NCBI GenBank assembly: GCA_010909165.1
Contig: VJWM01000219.1
Location: forward strand, 246,564 to 310,563
Direction: 5' to 3'
Origin: Anthoceros angustus
Taxonomy: Eukaryota > Plantae > Anthocerotophyta
Length of the DNA stretch: 64,000 nucleotides
Part shown: piece by piece, positions 63,050-64,000 of the stretch
How positions within the stretch are numbered: position 1 is the first letter of the stretch
How the letters are laid out: the number at the start of each line of letters is the position of its first letter
Made by a program: the position numbers and the translations under genes
Notes under the pieces: model-generated
What the model was told of the DNA's origin: nothing
The model's database searches: none
The model's input: the letters and a program-made list of their open reading frames with translations, nothing else

Positions 63050-63715
63050 ATTTTTATCCCTCTATTTACCGACGATCTTCATTTCGTTTTCTCTTTTCGA
63101 TCCTATTTACATGGGTGTTTGCTAAAGCAAATGGGAGAAGCGGACTCAACATTTTCAAGAGTTCAACATACGACATTATGTGTTCACGTCACTAGTTCTC
63201 GCCATTCATAGCGGTTAATTTTTCAATATACTTTCTTTGTATATGACATCAGGTCCCATGAAATCCGTCCTTAGTGGACTTAAATAAAATTCTTCTTCTT
63301 CTTCTTCCATCGAACTCCATGATTAGCGCCTTGGGCGGATCGATCGGGATGGGTGACCTCTCGTCCTTTTCTATAAAATTCCATTTTAAGCTCAACCTAA
63401 CATCATTATTATCTCTGTAAATTATTCAATTTAAGCTATTATTAGAATTTCATTCTAGTCTCTCTATATATGTATGATCTGCCATGACAAAATCCGTCCT
63501 TAGTGGACTTAAATAAAATTCTTCTTCTTCTTCTTCTTCTTCTAGAGAGTTCTTTGCAAACTCTTCTTTCCCCGTCTCCAATTTTATGCATGCTAACAAC
63601 CATAGAACAAACAATTTACTTTATTTAAGTCCACTAAGGACGGTTTCATGGCACTCATTTGATAGAGTTACACTAAGGGCATTATGACAATTAACGCTAT
63701 TCGAGTCTCGCTTGA
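63050..63715. mobile_element. Degenerate LINE 3' ends (two plus-strand tails and one minus-strand tail)
   Basis: AAATCCGTCCTTAGTGGACTTAAATAAAA(TTC)n at ~63260 and ~63490; inverted motif TTTATTTAAGTCCACTAAGGA at ~63620. Confidence 0.8.
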
Positions 63716-64000
63716 CGAAATATTCAAATGATAATACATTTATCCGACCATACAATCAGCAGCTCAAAAGTACTATTCTCAAGAGACGGACGACCGTAAC
63801 CATATTACACTCCATCTACTCCAATAGAATATGTGTGATTTAACCAAAAAATATTTTGATTAGAGCCTAATTACGACAAGGATGATGATAATCCTTTTAT
63901 TGTGTAAAAGGATTGAAAACGAAATGATACGAGTGAAGTTACCGTAAGAGAGAGAGAAATGACATATAAGCCGGGTGGTATAGGCACCCGCCTAAACAGA

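Overview
Nuclear DNA from a seed-free land plant. Short 60-150 bp introns, GC-rich first exons, a WW-type PPR and a CCaMK suggest a hornwort-like source, but this is inference. The window has three zones. (1) 1-9.4 kb is nested, decayed transposon DNA: two Ty1/copia elements, an antisense orphan ORF and a MITE-like element. (2) 9.9-39.3 kb is a very compact block of eight genes: a PLS-class PPR editing factor with a truncated WW-type C-terminus, TRM3/TARBP1, an SGT-like TPR co-chaperone, the symbiosis kinase CCaMK/DMI3, an At5g63040-like membrane protein, a CDB1/At4g37920-like protein, an MFSD5/MOT2-type transporter and MOS11. CCaMK carries a frameshift in a G-run. (3) 41-64 kb is repeat DNA: a GC-rich palindromic minisatellite, a Ty3/gypsy remnant, and a roughly 20 kb array of one LINE family in alternating orientation. 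The array includes a recurring deleted derivative carrying (TTTGG)n, and its pieces are joined at 9-10 bp microhomologies. Much of the repeat DNA is indel-rich, so consensus or assembly error is a live alternative for several observations. Exon boundaries were read by eye and database comparisons are from memory, not searches.
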